The notes beneath the pieces are model-generated. The model was not told the origin of the DNA. It made no database searches and was given only the letters and a program-made list of their open reading frames with translations. Both the position numbers and the translations under genes were made by a program. Positions 14,397 to 24,513 of a DNA stretch of 64,000 nt are shown one piece after another. The stretch's first letter is position 1, and every line of letters begins with the position of its first letter. Origin of the DNA: an uncultured Ruminococcus sp. (lineage in GTDB: Bacteria > Bacillota > Clostridia > Oscillospirales > CAG-272); NCBI GenBank assembly GCA_964634795.1, contig CAZWLL010000001.1:13830-77829 (forward strand). The letters are read 5' to 3'.

Positions 14397-17207
14397 CTAT
14401 TCGAACCAATCATCCCAGAAGTAGAAATCATCCGTGTATTGGTCATCGGAAGTGGTTTCATCACTGAAATCCACTTCATTCGGAATCGTTTCTTCTTGTC
14501 CGGTATCATTGTATTCATCTGTTTCAGCAGTCGTTTCGGTTGATGTTGATGAGTCGCCTGAATATCCACTGTCCTCCGCGGGCGGATTACCTCCCCATGG
14601 CCTGTAATCGCAATGTTTATAGCAATACGCATTATACGGAGTGCTTGCATACGATGAACCGCAATACTCTCCTTCAGACAGCATGTTTACAAAGAACGGA
14701 ACTCCCCACCATCCTCCCGGTTTAACGGAAGACGGCATCTCACGATATACATATTGAGCATCCTCAACATATATTTCAATCGGGAAACTTCTGTCCTCAA
14801 CTCTGATTAATGCAACATCGGAGCAATTTGCGGGGTTACAGTTAGCACTTGCAATAAGTCCCGTTGAATTATCGCGCTTAACGATAACATGAGTATCACA
14901 ATATTCCGTAGGTGCGGTTTCACGTGTGAAATATCCTGTCTCTCTGCGCCATCCTCTCGGATCGAGATCACATGCGTCTGTACAAAGCTTGCCGGAGTCC
15001 TTACAGTATGTTACCTCAATAACACCGGGAGCAACCTCAAATGTTTTAAGAGGTGTTCCGCCGTTATTAGCCTCATCGATATACTTCTGATGGAGCTTTG
15101 TCATTATTGTGTCCCAAACAGTAAGTGACGGGTTTTCACCGAATGCGCTTAGTGACTGGTTCATATCATAACCGGTCCATACTCCGCATACATAATACGG
15201 TGTGTAGCCGACAAAATATCTGTCGAAGTCGGAGCTTGTTGTACCTGTTTTACCTGCAACATCAACGTAATTTCTGAGTGTACAGCTTGTACCTGTACCT
15301 TCGTTCATTACCTTCTGCAGCATAATAGTCATTATAGACGCGGTTTCGTCTTTAATTACTATATTTGTCTCAGCCTGGGAGTTATCGATAACAACATTGC
15401 CCTCAGAATCTTCAACTCTTATGAAGAGCTTCGGAGAATTGTATATACCGTTGTTGTCGAATATTTCATATGCCGCTGTCATTTCCAGCAGTGTTACGCC
15501 ATAGTTAGGCTGTCCGAGTGCCAATGCCGCAAGACCTTTGTCGGTAATGACTTCTCCGTTTGATTTTTCTGCGGACTCAATCAAGCTGTCGAAGCCAAGC
15601 TTGTTTTTCATAAAGTCAAATGACTTGTCTATTGTCAGCATCTGCAGAACCTTCATCGCTACTGTATTCACGGAACGTGTGACAGCACTGTTTATAGTGG
15701 TCAGTCCGCGATATACAACAGGTAAGTTTTGCGGATACGGATCATATCCGTACACTGTTGACGATGAGTCCGTTCCTTCGTAAATAACATATTTATTAAA
15801 CATTACGGGAGTATCATCCACTACGCTTCCGTATGTTATTATGCCTGCATCAAGAGCGGGACCATATACTGACAGCGGTTTTATAGAAGATCCCGGCGGT
15901 CTTGTCGCAACCGTAGCACGGTCTGTACCGCGGTTAATTGTTTTCTGACCTCTTCCGCCGACTACTCCGAGAACATCATTTGTAGCGGGATCTGTTACAA
16001 CGCACGCCGACTGCGGCTGAAGTCCTACGCCTGTTGACGGGAAATACGCTGTATCATTAGTATATATTTCCTCAAGCAGTTTTTGAACCTCGGGATCCAT
16101 AGGAGTATATATCTTATATCCGCTGTTATAAGCCATGTTTATGGCAACGGTATATTCGATATTGAATTTTTCCATCAGTGCATAAGTAAGATCGGTTATT
16201 ACTGCCTCTGTGTACCAGCTGTAGAGAGTCATTCCGTCTCCGAGGGATTCCTCTTCTTCGTCATGTTCGGCAAGCACAAGAGTTGCATTCTGAGCTTCTC
16301 TGCATTCCGCTTCGGTAATATAACCGTTCTTATACATTTCCTCAAGAACAACCCAGCGTCTTGAGGCGTTTCCTTCTCTCTTTACCTCCTCACCCTTTGA
16401 GTTCGTTACATAATAATCGTCTTCATGGGATTCGGGATTATACTGCGAAGGATTCTTTACAATAGATGCTATAGCAGCACATTCAACAAGTGAAAGCTCG
16501 GATACATCCTTGCCGAAATAATAGTTTGCCGCCTGCTGAACACCGGTTTGTCCCTTTCCGAGGTAAATGATATTCATATAGGCTTCAAGAATTTCTTCCT
16601 TACTCTTTTTCGTTTCGAGGTTCAGCGCACGAAAAATCTCTTCAACCTTACGCTGAATTGTAACCTCATCCTCGCCTGTTATGTTTTTAATCAGCTGCTG
16701 GGTTATTGTCGAACCGCCGCCGCTTCCGCCGAAAATAAATTTTCTTACTGCGTTGGCCGTCGTAATCCAGTCGACACCGTTATGCTTGAAAAATCTCTTA
16801 TCCTCAATAGAAACAAAAGCATTAATCAAATTCTCGGGCAGCTGTTTGTAGGAAACCGCGATTTTATTGTCCGCAGATGACAGGCGTTGGTCTTCCAACT
16901 CAACCGCCGTTCCGTTTCTGTTTTGTCTGTCCTCGGATGTCTCATACTCTACATAATATATTCGTGTAGCGGAATCCTGGTTCACGGTAACTATAGTAGA
17001 GGCGTCGAATTCAAGGTCCAAATAATTGTTGATATATATAGCAAATACCGTTCCGACAATAACACCGGTTATAAGTCCTATCAAAAGCACTGTCAAAAGG
17101 ATATTCATAAAATAAGAGAATATCTTAAACAGCACCTTGCCGACAATGCCGAGCACTCGCAATACTTCCCGTCCCCAATTTATTTTTGTCGTACCATTCG
17201 GGTTCAA
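14397..17207 (-). CDS. Class A penicillin-binding protein (glycosyltransferase GT51 + transpeptidase) with a Cys-rich/acidic C-terminal extension
   Basis: GT51 motifs are EDKRFFKHNGVD and GGSTITQQL. Transpeptidase motifs are SSIKP (SxxK) and KTGTT. The preferred start is TTG at 17207 (AAGGAG SD 8 nt upstream). The ORF stays open to the TTG at 17237, so the exact start is uncertain. Confidence 0.9.
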   Translation of the reverse strand: MNPNGTTKINWGREVLRVLGIVGKVLFKIFSYFMNILLTVLLIGLITGVIVGTVFAIYINNYLDLEFDASTIVTVNQDSATRIYYVEYETSEDRQNRNGTAVELEDQRLSSADNKIAVSYKQLPENLINAFVSIEDKRFFKHNGVDWITTANAVRKFIFGGSGGGSTITQQLIKNITGEDEVTIQRKVEEIFRALNLETKKSKEEILEAYMNIIYLGKGQTGVQQAANYYFGKDVSELSLVECAAIASIVKNPSQYNPESHEDDYYVTNSKGEEVKREGNASRRWVVLEEMYKNGYITEAECREAQNATLVLAEHDEEEESLGDGMTLYSWYTEAVITDLTYALMEKFNIEYTVAINMAYNSGYKIYTPMDPEVQKLLEEIYTNDTAYFPSTGVGLQPQSACVVTDPATNDVLGVVGGRGQKTINRGTDRATVATRPPGSSIKPLSVYGPALDAGIITYGSVVDDTPVMFNKYVIYEGTDSSSTVYGYDPYPQNLPVVYRGLTTINSAVTRSVNTVAMKVLQMLTIDKSFDFMKNKLGFDSLIESAEKSNGEVITDKGLAALALGQPNYGVTLLEMTAAYEIFDNNGIYNSPKLFIRVEDSEGNVVIDNSQAETNIVIKDETASIMTIMLQKVMNEGTGTSCTLRNYVDVAGKTGTTSSDFDRYFVGYTPYYVCGVWTGYDMNQSLSAFGENPSLTVWDTIMTKLHQKYIDEANNGGTPLKTFEVAPGVIEVTYCKDSGKLCTDACDLDPRGWRRETGYFTRETAPTEYCDTHVIVKRDNSTGLIASANCNPANCSDVALIRVEDRSFPIEIYVEDAQYVYREMPSSVKPGGWWGVPFFVNMLSEGEYCGSSYASTPYNAYCYKHCDYRPWGGNPPAEDSGYSGDSSTSTETTAETDEYNDTGQEETIPNEVDFSDETTSDDQYTDDFYFWDDWFE

Positions 17208-17332
17208 ATATCTTGCTCCTTTCCGTTTAATTATCAAATAAGCGTTTGAGTTATTATAAAACTATATTTTGAATTCGATATTAACACTTTTGTATTTTAA
17301 TCTGATTGTTTATTAATATTTGTAAAAATTCA

Positions 17333-20300
17333 TTATCTTATTACTACGTTATCATCTCTGAGCATATCCTTCAATTCATTTATTACAAATTCATTCGCAT
17401 CAATCATAACATAATCCTTCATATACTCGTTCCTATCCGCAATATAGAATACAGCCGGCACATTTCCCGTGAATATTTCGCAGAATGCACGTGCTCTGCT
17501 GTACTCATTCGATTCTTCGGTGTTGATTCTGAGGTAAACCTTCTTTATTATCTTCGGAATTATCTTCGCAGCTTGTGAAATCGGTTCTGTTTTTTTTGCG
17601 TTAACCGTTTTTTTAGGCAAGCTCTTCTCTATAACGGGAATGTTTTCCTCAATGTCGAATTTATCGTCGGAAATAAGCGGTATTACCTTATCGCATAGGA
17701 TTTTGACGTCCTCATCCTCACGTACGCTGAGCGTACCCGATACCGCGATAACGCTGTCATATGAAAGAAGATATCCGAAGCTCTGCAGTATTTTGGGAAA
17801 TACAAGTATTTCAATTGATGATGTATAATCCTCAACTGTAACGAATGCCATTTGTTCGCCGCTTTTTGTTGCTTTGTTAGTTCTCTTTGTAACACAGCCG
17901 ACAATCAGCACTCTCGATTTATCCGTATATTCATTTTCGTTTTCGCCGATTATTTCCGTTTCATAATCCTCATCGCCGTTTAATTCCGATTTGTCGGCAA
18001 ATGAAGCTCGTATATCGGCTATTCTGTCGGTCTTTAAAGTAGCGATGTGCTTTTCATAGTCGTCGAGAACATGTCCGGACAGATAAATTCCGCAGCTTTC
18101 CTTTTCGAGCATCAACTTATCTCTTGCGGAAAACTCTTTTACATCGGGGTACTCGATTTTTAAGCGATGCGGGATATCCGACTTCGGAAGTGTATCAAAC
18201 ATTCCTATTTGGTTTTCCAAAGAAGCATCAGTTAAAATTCCTCTTTTATCAAGAAGTCCTTCATAGACCGCCAATAACTTGCTTCTGTCGACGCCCATCG
18301 AATCCATAGCACCTGATTTGATAAGCATCTCAAGTGCACGCTTATTAAGGTCGGTTTTCTCGCTTCTTTCAATAAAATCGTCTATGCTTTCATAATCACC
18401 GTTTCGATCTCTCTCGGCAATCAACTGACTGACAAGCTTATCACCTATATTTCTTATGGCAGTCAACCCGAAACGTATTGAGTTATTCTCAACATGAAAT
18501 GATCCTCGGCTTTTGTTTATATCGGGAGGCAGTATTTTAATTCCCTGCTTATTGCAGTCCGCAATATATTCCGAAAGTTTATCGGTTGATGACAAAACAG
18601 AGGTCAACAATGCACTTTCGTATTCAAGCGGATAATGTGTTTTTAAATACGCAGTTCTGAAAGACAAAACCGCATATGCGGCGGCATGGCTCTTATTAAA
18701 TGCGTAATTAGCGAAAGAAACTATATCACCGAACAGCTGCTCTGCATCGTCTTTGTCAATTCCCCTCGATACCGCGCCGTCGATAAATGCCTGCTTTTCC
18801 CCGTCTATAACTCCCTGTTTCTTTTTGGATATTGCTCTGCGCACAACGTCCGCATGACCGAATGAGTATCCCGCAATTTCACGAAATATCTGCATAACCT
18901 GTTCCTGATATACTATACATCCGTATGTAACGTCAAGAATCGGTGCAAGAAGCGGTGTACAGTACTTGATTTTACTTTTGTCATGTCGCGCTTCAATATA
19001 CTTCGGAATAGAATCCATAGGTCCGGGTCTGTATAGTGCTATTGCGGCAATAATATCGTCAAGTGTACGCGGCTTAAGCTGCATAAGCATTTGCTTCATT
19101 CCGTTTGACTCAAGCTGAAACACACCATTGCATTTACCCGCACAAATCGTATCGTATGTAGCTGAATCAGTTGTGTCTACATTTGTAATGTCAAATTGAG
19201 GCTCTTTTTCACGTATTTGATCCTCTGCATTTTTAATTATCGTAAGATATCTGAGTGCCAGAAAATCGAACTTCAGCAAACCGAGCTCTGCGATTGTATC
19301 CATATCAAACTGAGTTACGACAACTCCGTTGTTCACGGATACGGGAACATATGACGTAATCTCTTTTTCTGTGATAACAACCCCTGCTGCGTGAGTAGAT
19401 GCGTGACGAGGCATTCCTTCAATAGCCATTGCAGTATCAATCAGCCGTTTCACCTTCGGGTCGTCATCATATATACTCTTCAATTTGCTGTTTTTCATAG
19501 CCGCTTCAAGAGTTGTGTGCAGCTCCTGAGGAACCAATTTAGCTACTGAATCCACCTCATTATACGGCATTCCGAGCGCACGTCCTACATCACGCAGTGC
19601 CGCTCTCGCCGCAAGAGTACCGAAAGTTACAATTTGCGATACATGAGTGCTGCCGTACTTGTTTTTTACGTATTCAATAACCTCATCACGCCTGTCATAA
19701 CAAAAATCAGTGTCGAAATCAGGCATGCTGACCCTTTCGGGATTAAGAAAACGCTCAAATAAAAGATCGAATTTAATTGAATCGATATCCGTAATTCCTA
19801 TGAGAAACGCAACAATCGATCCGGCACCCGACCCTCTTCCGGGACCAACCGGTATGTCATGACTTTTGGCATAATGAATAAAGTCCCAAACAATAAGGTA
19901 ATATTCACTATACCCCATTTTTGTAATGACGCTCAGCTCGTACTCTATGCGCTCCTCGTACATTTTGCGCGGATATTTCTCCGAAAAGACTATATGACCG
20001 TCTTCGGACTTTCTCTCGAGTCCGTTATATGCCAAATATTTCAAATATTCGTCAGGCTTCATTCCGTTTTCGGGTTTGTACCTCGGAAGCTCCGTTTTGC
20101 CGAATTCAAAATCGAAATTGCACATATCCGCGATTTTTTGAGTGTTATCTATCGCGTCCTTATATGCCGAAAACAGCCTTGACATTTCATCGGTATTTTT
20201 ATAGTAGAATTCGTCTGTCTCAAAACCGAACGGCTTTCCGTCGGTAATCACATTGTTTGTTTGTATGCACAAAAGAATCGCTTGTGTCTCGGAATCCGAT

Positions 20301-20932
20301 TTTTTTATATAATGAACGTCATTTGTGGCAACCATCGGAATTCCCGTTTTTTCCGAAAGATTTCTGATTCCGCTGCAAACTACAGGATCGTCCTTTAGTC
20401 CGTGATCCTGTAATTCAAGATAAAAATAGCCTCTTCCGAATGCTTTGTCGAGACGTCGTGCATATTCCTCGGCTTTAGTGTATTCTCCCGCAACAATGGA
20501 ATGCTGTATGTATCCTGCCAAACATCCTGACAGACAAACAAGCCCCTCGGTATGTTTTTCGAGAAGCTCTGTGTCTATTCTCGGTTTGGAATAAAACCCG
20601 TCCGTAAAACCTTTTGATACAAGGTAAATAAGGTTATCCCAACCGATTTTGTTTTTAACAAGAAGTATCAGATGAAAATTGCCTGCGTCGAACTCTTTCT
20701 CACGGTCATACATGCTGCGCCTTGCAACATAAACCTCGCATCCGATAATCGGTTTTATGCCCTCGGCTTTGCAAGCCTTATAAAACGCAACAGCACCGTA
20801 CATAACTCCATGGTCTGTTATTGCCACTGCGTTATGCCCCGCAAGACGAGCCGCCTTCGGTATATCCTTTATTCTGCACGCACCGTCGAGAAGACTGTAT
20901 TCACTGTGGAGGTGAAGGTGTACAAATGACAT
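17333..20932 (-). CDS. dnaE: DNA polymerase III alpha subunit (DnaE type)
   Basis: 1199 aa with an N-terminal PHP domain (MSFVHLHLHSEYSLLDG), the polymerase core and an OB-fold region. Confidence 0.96.
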   Translation of the reverse strand: MSFVHLHLHSEYSLLDGACRIKDIPKAARLAGHNAVAITDHGVMYGAVAFYKACKAEGIKPIIGCEVYVARRSMYDREKEFDAGNFHLILLVKNKIGWDNLIYLVSKGFTDGFYSKPRIDTELLEKHTEGLVCLSGCLAGYIQHSIVAGEYTKAEEYARRLDKAFGRGYFYLELQDHGLKDDPVVCSGIRNLSEKTGIPMVATNDVHYIKKSDSETQAILLCIQTNNVITDGKPFGFETDEFYYKNTDEMSRLFSAYKDAIDNTQKIADMCNFDFEFGKTELPRYKPENGMKPDEYLKYLAYNGLERKSEDGHIVFSEKYPRKMYEERIEYELSVITKMGYSEYYLIVWDFIHYAKSHDIPVGPGRGSGAGSIVAFLIGITDIDSIKFDLLFERFLNPERVSMPDFDTDFCYDRRDEVIEYVKNKYGSTHVSQIVTFGTLAARAALRDVGRALGMPYNEVDSVAKLVPQELHTTLEAAMKNSKLKSIYDDDPKVKRLIDTAMAIEGMPRHASTHAAGVVITEKEITSYVPVSVNNGVVVTQFDMDTIAELGLLKFDFLALRYLTIIKNAEDQIREKEPQFDITNVDTTDSATYDTICAGKCNGVFQLESNGMKQMLMQLKPRTLDDIIAAIALYRPGPMDSIPKYIEARHDKSKIKYCTPLLAPILDVTYGCIVYQEQVMQIFREIAGYSFGHADVVRRAISKKKQGVIDGEKQAFIDGAVSRGIDKDDAEQLFGDIVSFANYAFNKSHAAAYAVLSFRTAYLKTHYPLEYESALLTSVLSSTDKLSEYIADCNKQGIKILPPDINKSRGSFHVENNSIRFGLTAIRNIGDKLVSQLIAERDRNGDYESIDDFIERSEKTDLNKRALEMLIKSGAMDSMGVDRSKLLAVYEGLLDKRGILTDASLENQIGMFDTLPKSDIPHRLKIEYPDVKEFSARDKLMLEKESCGIYLSGHVLDDYEKHIATLKTDRIADIRASFADKSELNGDEDYETEIIGENENEYTDKSRVLIVGCVTKRTNKATKSGEQMAFVTVEDYTSSIEILVFPKILQSFGYLLSYDSVIAVSGTLSVREDEDVKILCDKVIPLISDDKFDIEENIPVIEKSLPKKTVNAKKTEPISQAAKIIPKIIKKVYLRINTEESNEYSRARAFCEIFTGNVPAVFYIADRNEYMKDYVMIDANEFVINELKDMLRDDNVVIR

Positions 20933-20947
20933 AATGTTTCTCCGATC

Positions 20948-21640
20948 CTACTTTTCCGATTGCGCAAGATATAAAATCTTATCCAGTCTGTGTCGTACTC
21001 CTGATTTTGTAACCGGAGGATTTAACAGTTTTCCGATATCGGACAGTGAAAGCTGCTCGTTCTCGATTCTTACCCGAGCGGTTTCCTTGAGCTCATCCGG
21101 AAGAGTATCAAGCTTTCCCGATGTCTCCAGATATTTTATCGCATCCGTGTATTTTTTTACCGACGCAAGCTGTTTTTCGATGTTTGCGGTATCGCAATTC
21201 ACCTGTCTGTTCACTGAATTTCTGAACTCATGGACAATCTTCGAATTCATTACGTCAAATGCCGCATTCTGTGCACCCATATACACTAAAAAATCCTCAA
21301 TAGCCGAGCTTTCTTTAATATATATGATATACCTGTCACGTCTCTTGGTTTTGCGAAAATCAAAGCCCAGGGAAGAAATTATCGCATATGCCGCATCCCG
21401 TTCTTCCTCTGTTTTGAATGAAAAATCAAGGTGATATTGCTTGGAAGGATCGGTTACAGAACCGTATTTTATAAACAGCTCGCGTACAAAAACAGTTTTG
21501 CAGCCGCTGCATCTGCATATATTGTAGCTGCCTACGAGGTTATCGCATTCTTTCAATGCCTTCTCAGTATACTGACAGCATTTGTGTTTAACCTCAACTT
21601 CCTCAAGCTGTTTTTTTACATTCTTTGAAAATGATTCCAT
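20948..21640 (-). CDS. whiA: WhiA-family DNA-binding protein, unusually short (230 aa)
   Basis: The C-terminal two-thirds match WhiA (SSAIEDFLVYMGAQNAAFDVMNSKIVHEFRNSVNRQVNCDTANIEK...LSLSDIGKLL...SGVRHRLDKI). The start abuts the murB stop, so no additional N-terminal exon is possible. Confidence 0.85.
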   Translation of the reverse strand: MESFSKNVKKQLEEVEVKHKCCQYTEKALKECDNLVGSYNICRCSGCKTVFVRELFIKYGSVTDPSKQYHLDFSFKTEEERDAAYAIISSLGFDFRKTKRRDRYIIYIKESSAIEDFLVYMGAQNAAFDVMNSKIVHEFRNSVNRQVNCDTANIEKQLASVKKYTDAIKYLETSGKLDTLPDELKETARVRIENEQLSLSDIGKLLNPPVTKSGVRHRLDKILYLAQSEK

Positions 21641-22567
21641 TTATTTCACATGAATTATTTCACATTCAATACTACAGCCGAACTTATCATATACTGCATC
21701 TTTTATGTACTTTATAAGCGAAAGTACGTCCTCAGAGGTAGCTCCGCCTTTGTTAACAATAAATCCCGCATGCTTTTCCGAAACCTGAGCACCGCCGATT
21801 GTATAACCTTTCAAACCGCATTCTTCAATCATCTGTCCCGTATATCTGCCCGGATAACGTTTAAACACGCTTCCCGCGCTCGGATATTCAAGCGGCTGTT
21901 TATCTATTCGACGGCTCATGTAATCATTCATCGCGGCATTTATCTCATCTGCGATTCCCTTATTTAGTTCAAATACCGCCGAAAGTATCAGATAGTTGTT
22001 GTGTCTGTATATGCTGTCGCGATAACCATACTCATGCTCAGATGACGATATAGTGTGTATTGTCATATCATCAAGCGTCAGATATGTACTTTCGGCAACG
22101 ACCTGTGACATTTCACCGCCGTACGCTCCGGCATTCATGAATACCGCTCCGCCGACACTTCCGGGAATACCGTATGCAAATTCGAGTCCGCTCAGTTCAT
22201 TATCACGTGCGGTTTTACATACATAGTTCAGTGATACACCCGCTTCTGCTGAAATACGGCTGCCTTTTACGCTGATATCGCATAAGCCGCCCATTGACAC
22301 GACAACACCACTGAATCCCGCATCATCAAAAAGCAAATTAGTTGCATTACCGATGAAATAATATTTTACATCTGTAATTTTTATTATTCTAACTGTTTCA
22401 AGCAATGCCTTCATTCCGTGAGGAATGATATACAAGTCCGCATTGCCGCCTATTTTAAATGATGAATGGCGCCTCAGCGGCTCATCAAGCTTTACTTCTA
22501 TTGAATTCTCGTTGTTTCTATTGTATTCGGCAATCAGTGACAGTATTTCGGAATATTTATCGTTCAT
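21641..22567 (-). CDS. murB: UDP-N-acetylenolpyruvoylglucosamine reductase
   Basis: 308 aa with an FAD-binding PCMH domain (SSFKIGGNADLYIIP) and a MurB C-terminal domain. Confidence 0.94.
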   Translation of the reverse strand: MNDKYSEILSLIAEYNRNNENSIEVKLDEPLRRHSSFKIGGNADLYIIPHGMKALLETVRIIKITDVKYYFIGNATNLLFDDAGFSGVVVSMGGLCDISVKGSRISAEAGVSLNYVCKTARDNELSGLEFAYGIPGSVGGAVFMNAGAYGGEMSQVVAESTYLTLDDMTIHTISSSEHEYGYRDSIYRHNNYLILSAVFELNKGIADEINAAMNDYMSRRIDKQPLEYPSAGSVFKRYPGRYTGQMIEECGLKGYTIGGAQVSEKHAGFIVNKGGATSEDVLSLIKYIKDAVYDKFGCSIECEIIHVK

Positions 22568-22576
22568 ATGTACCCC

Positions 22577-23281
22577 TTATGCCAATATATCGGCAAGCTC
22601 CGAGAGCTTACCAATGTTGTATTTTACATTGCGTCCGCACGCAGACTTTCCGTATGGATTATAGAAGCAGCAATCAAGTCCGAAATTAATCGCACCGTCG
22701 CAGTCAGATGTCAGCGAATCACCTATGACAAGATAATCGCATTTATTATCGTCTCCGATTGTATGAAGCACATACTCAAAATATTTTTCCGATGGTTTCG
22801 CCGCGCCTATTTCTTCCGAAATAAACATTCCGCTGAAATATTTGTATATCTCGGAATTCGTGAAGCGTTTCTTTTGAATATAAGCCACACCGTTTGTTGT
22901 GATATACATTTTGAATTTGCCCGAAAGAGAGCGGCATATATCTTCCGCTCCATGAATCAGGCATGACTGACATGATAAATTCTCCATGTATTCCGCACGC
23001 CATTTATCGGCAATTTCAATTGTGCTTTCGTCATTCGGGTATCCTAACTTCTCTGTCAAGAGACGGCGAAATCTCTCAAGCTTAAGAAAGTCGAGCTCTA
23101 TCTCACCTTTCTCAAGCTGCTTCCACAGGCTGTCATTAATAGCTGAATATGTTTTATATAGTTCTTCCGAATAGCTGTCATAATACTTACAGCATGTAAT
23201 CTTAAATGAATTATATTCAGCCTGAGAAAAATCGAAAAGAGTATTATCGGCATCAAACAGCAGATATTTATATTTGCTCAT
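22577..23281 (-). CDS. HAD-IA family hydrolase (YjjG-like nucleotidase type)
   Basis: HAD motif I is LLFDADNTLFDF and motif IV is VIGDSLTSD. Confidence 0.8.
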   Translation of the reverse strand: MSKYKYLLFDADNTLFDFSQAEYNSFKITCCKYYDSYSEELYKTYSAINDSLWKQLEKGEIELDFLKLERFRRLLTEKLGYPNDESTIEIADKWRAEYMENLSCQSCLIHGAEDICRSLSGKFKMYITTNGVAYIQKKRFTNSEIYKYFSGMFISEEIGAAKPSEKYFEYVLHTIGDDNKCDYLVIGDSLTSDCDGAINFGLDCCFYNPYGKSACGRNVKYNIGKLSELADILA

Positions 23282-23284
23282 AAA

Positions 23285-24511
23285 TCACTTTACAAACTTA
23301 TGGAATGTCTTTTTGCCCTTCTTAACAATTACACCGTCTCCTGCGAATTCGTCTTCACTTACAGTGTAATCAACAGAGTCAGCCTTATTGTCACCTACAA
23401 ATACACCGCCTTGCTGTATCAGACGTCTCGCCTCGCTCTTTGATGCGCACAAGGAGGACTTCAGCATCATATCAATCAGAGTTATCTTACCGTCTGTAAA
23501 ATCATCTGAGGTAAGCGTTGTTGTCGGCATATTTTCCGTATTTACACCGCCTTGAGCAAACAATGCTTTAGCTCCATCCTGTGCTTTTTTAGCTTCTTCT
23601 TCACCGTGAACCATCTTTGTAAGCTCATATGCGAGAATTTCTTTTGCGGTATTAAGCTGACTGCCTTCCCATTTATCCATTTCGTCAATCTGTTCGATAG
23701 GCAGGAATGTAAGCATACGGATGCATTTAAGCACATCGGCATCCGCTACATTTCTCCAGTACTGATAGAAATCGAAGGGAGATGTCTTATTGGGGTCAAG
23801 CCATACGGCATTGCCGGCAGTCTTACCCATCTTCTTACCCTGTGAATCCGTAAGAAGAGTAATTGTCATTGCGTTGGCGTCCTGTCCGAGCTTACGTCTG
23901 ATGAGCTCAGTACCGCCGAGCATATTAGACCATTGGTCATCACCGCCGAATTCAAGGTTGCAATTGTAGTTCTTATAAAGATAATAGAAGTCATACGACT
24001 GCATAATCATATAGTTGAATTCAAGGAATGAAAGACCTTTTTCCATTCTCTGCTTATAGCATTCGGCACGAAGCATGTTATTTACAGAGAAGCACGCACC
24101 TACTTCACGCAAAAGCTCGATATAGTTTAAATTGAGAAGCCAATCCGCATTATTTATCATCATAGCTTTTCCGTCCGAAAAATCGATAAAACGTTCCATC
24201 TGACGCTTGAAGCACTCGGCATTATGATCGATATCTTCTTTTGTAAGCATCTTTCTCATATCGGTTCTGCCTGAAGGGTCTCCTATCATTGTTGTACCTC
24301 CGCCGATAAGAGCTATAGGCTTATTTCCTGCCATTTGCAAACGCTTCATAAGTGTAAGCGCCATAAAATGACCTGCGGTTAAGCTGTCTGCCGTGCAGTC
24401 GAATCCGATATAAAAAGTTGCTTTACCGTTATTAATGAGGTTTTTGATTTCTTCCTCGTTTGTAACCTGAGCAATTAAGCCTCTTGCTTTAAGTTCTTCA
24501 AAAATTGTCAT
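23285..24511 (-). CDS. tyrS: Tyrosine--tRNA ligase
   Basis: 408 aa with a HIGH-like motif (TAGHFMAL), KMGKT (KMSKS), and a C-terminal S4 domain. Confidence 0.95.
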   Translation of the reverse strand: MTIFEELKARGLIAQVTNEEEIKNLINNGKATFYIGFDCTADSLTAGHFMALTLMKRLQMAGNKPIALIGGGTTMIGDPSGRTDMRKMLTKEDIDHNAECFKRQMERFIDFSDGKAMMINNADWLLNLNYIELLREVGACFSVNNMLRAECYKQRMEKGLSFLEFNYMIMQSYDFYYLYKNYNCNLEFGGDDQWSNMLGGTELIRRKLGQDANAMTITLLTDSQGKKMGKTAGNAVWLDPNKTSPFDFYQYWRNVADADVLKCIRMLTFLPIEQIDEMDKWEGSQLNTAKEILAYELTKMVHGEEEAKKAQDGAKALFAQGGVNTENMPTTTLTSDDFTDGKITLIDMMLKSSLCASKSEARRLIQQGGVFVGDNKADSVDYTVSEDEFAGDGVIVKKGKKTFHKFVK

Positions 24512-24513
24512 CG

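Noticed and set aside
24512-24513. I looked for a T-box leader upstream of tyrS, which is usual in Firmicutes.
   Set aside because: Only 2 nt separate the recN stop from the tyrS start, so there is no room for a leader. tyrS is embedded in the recN-tyrS-HAD-murB string.
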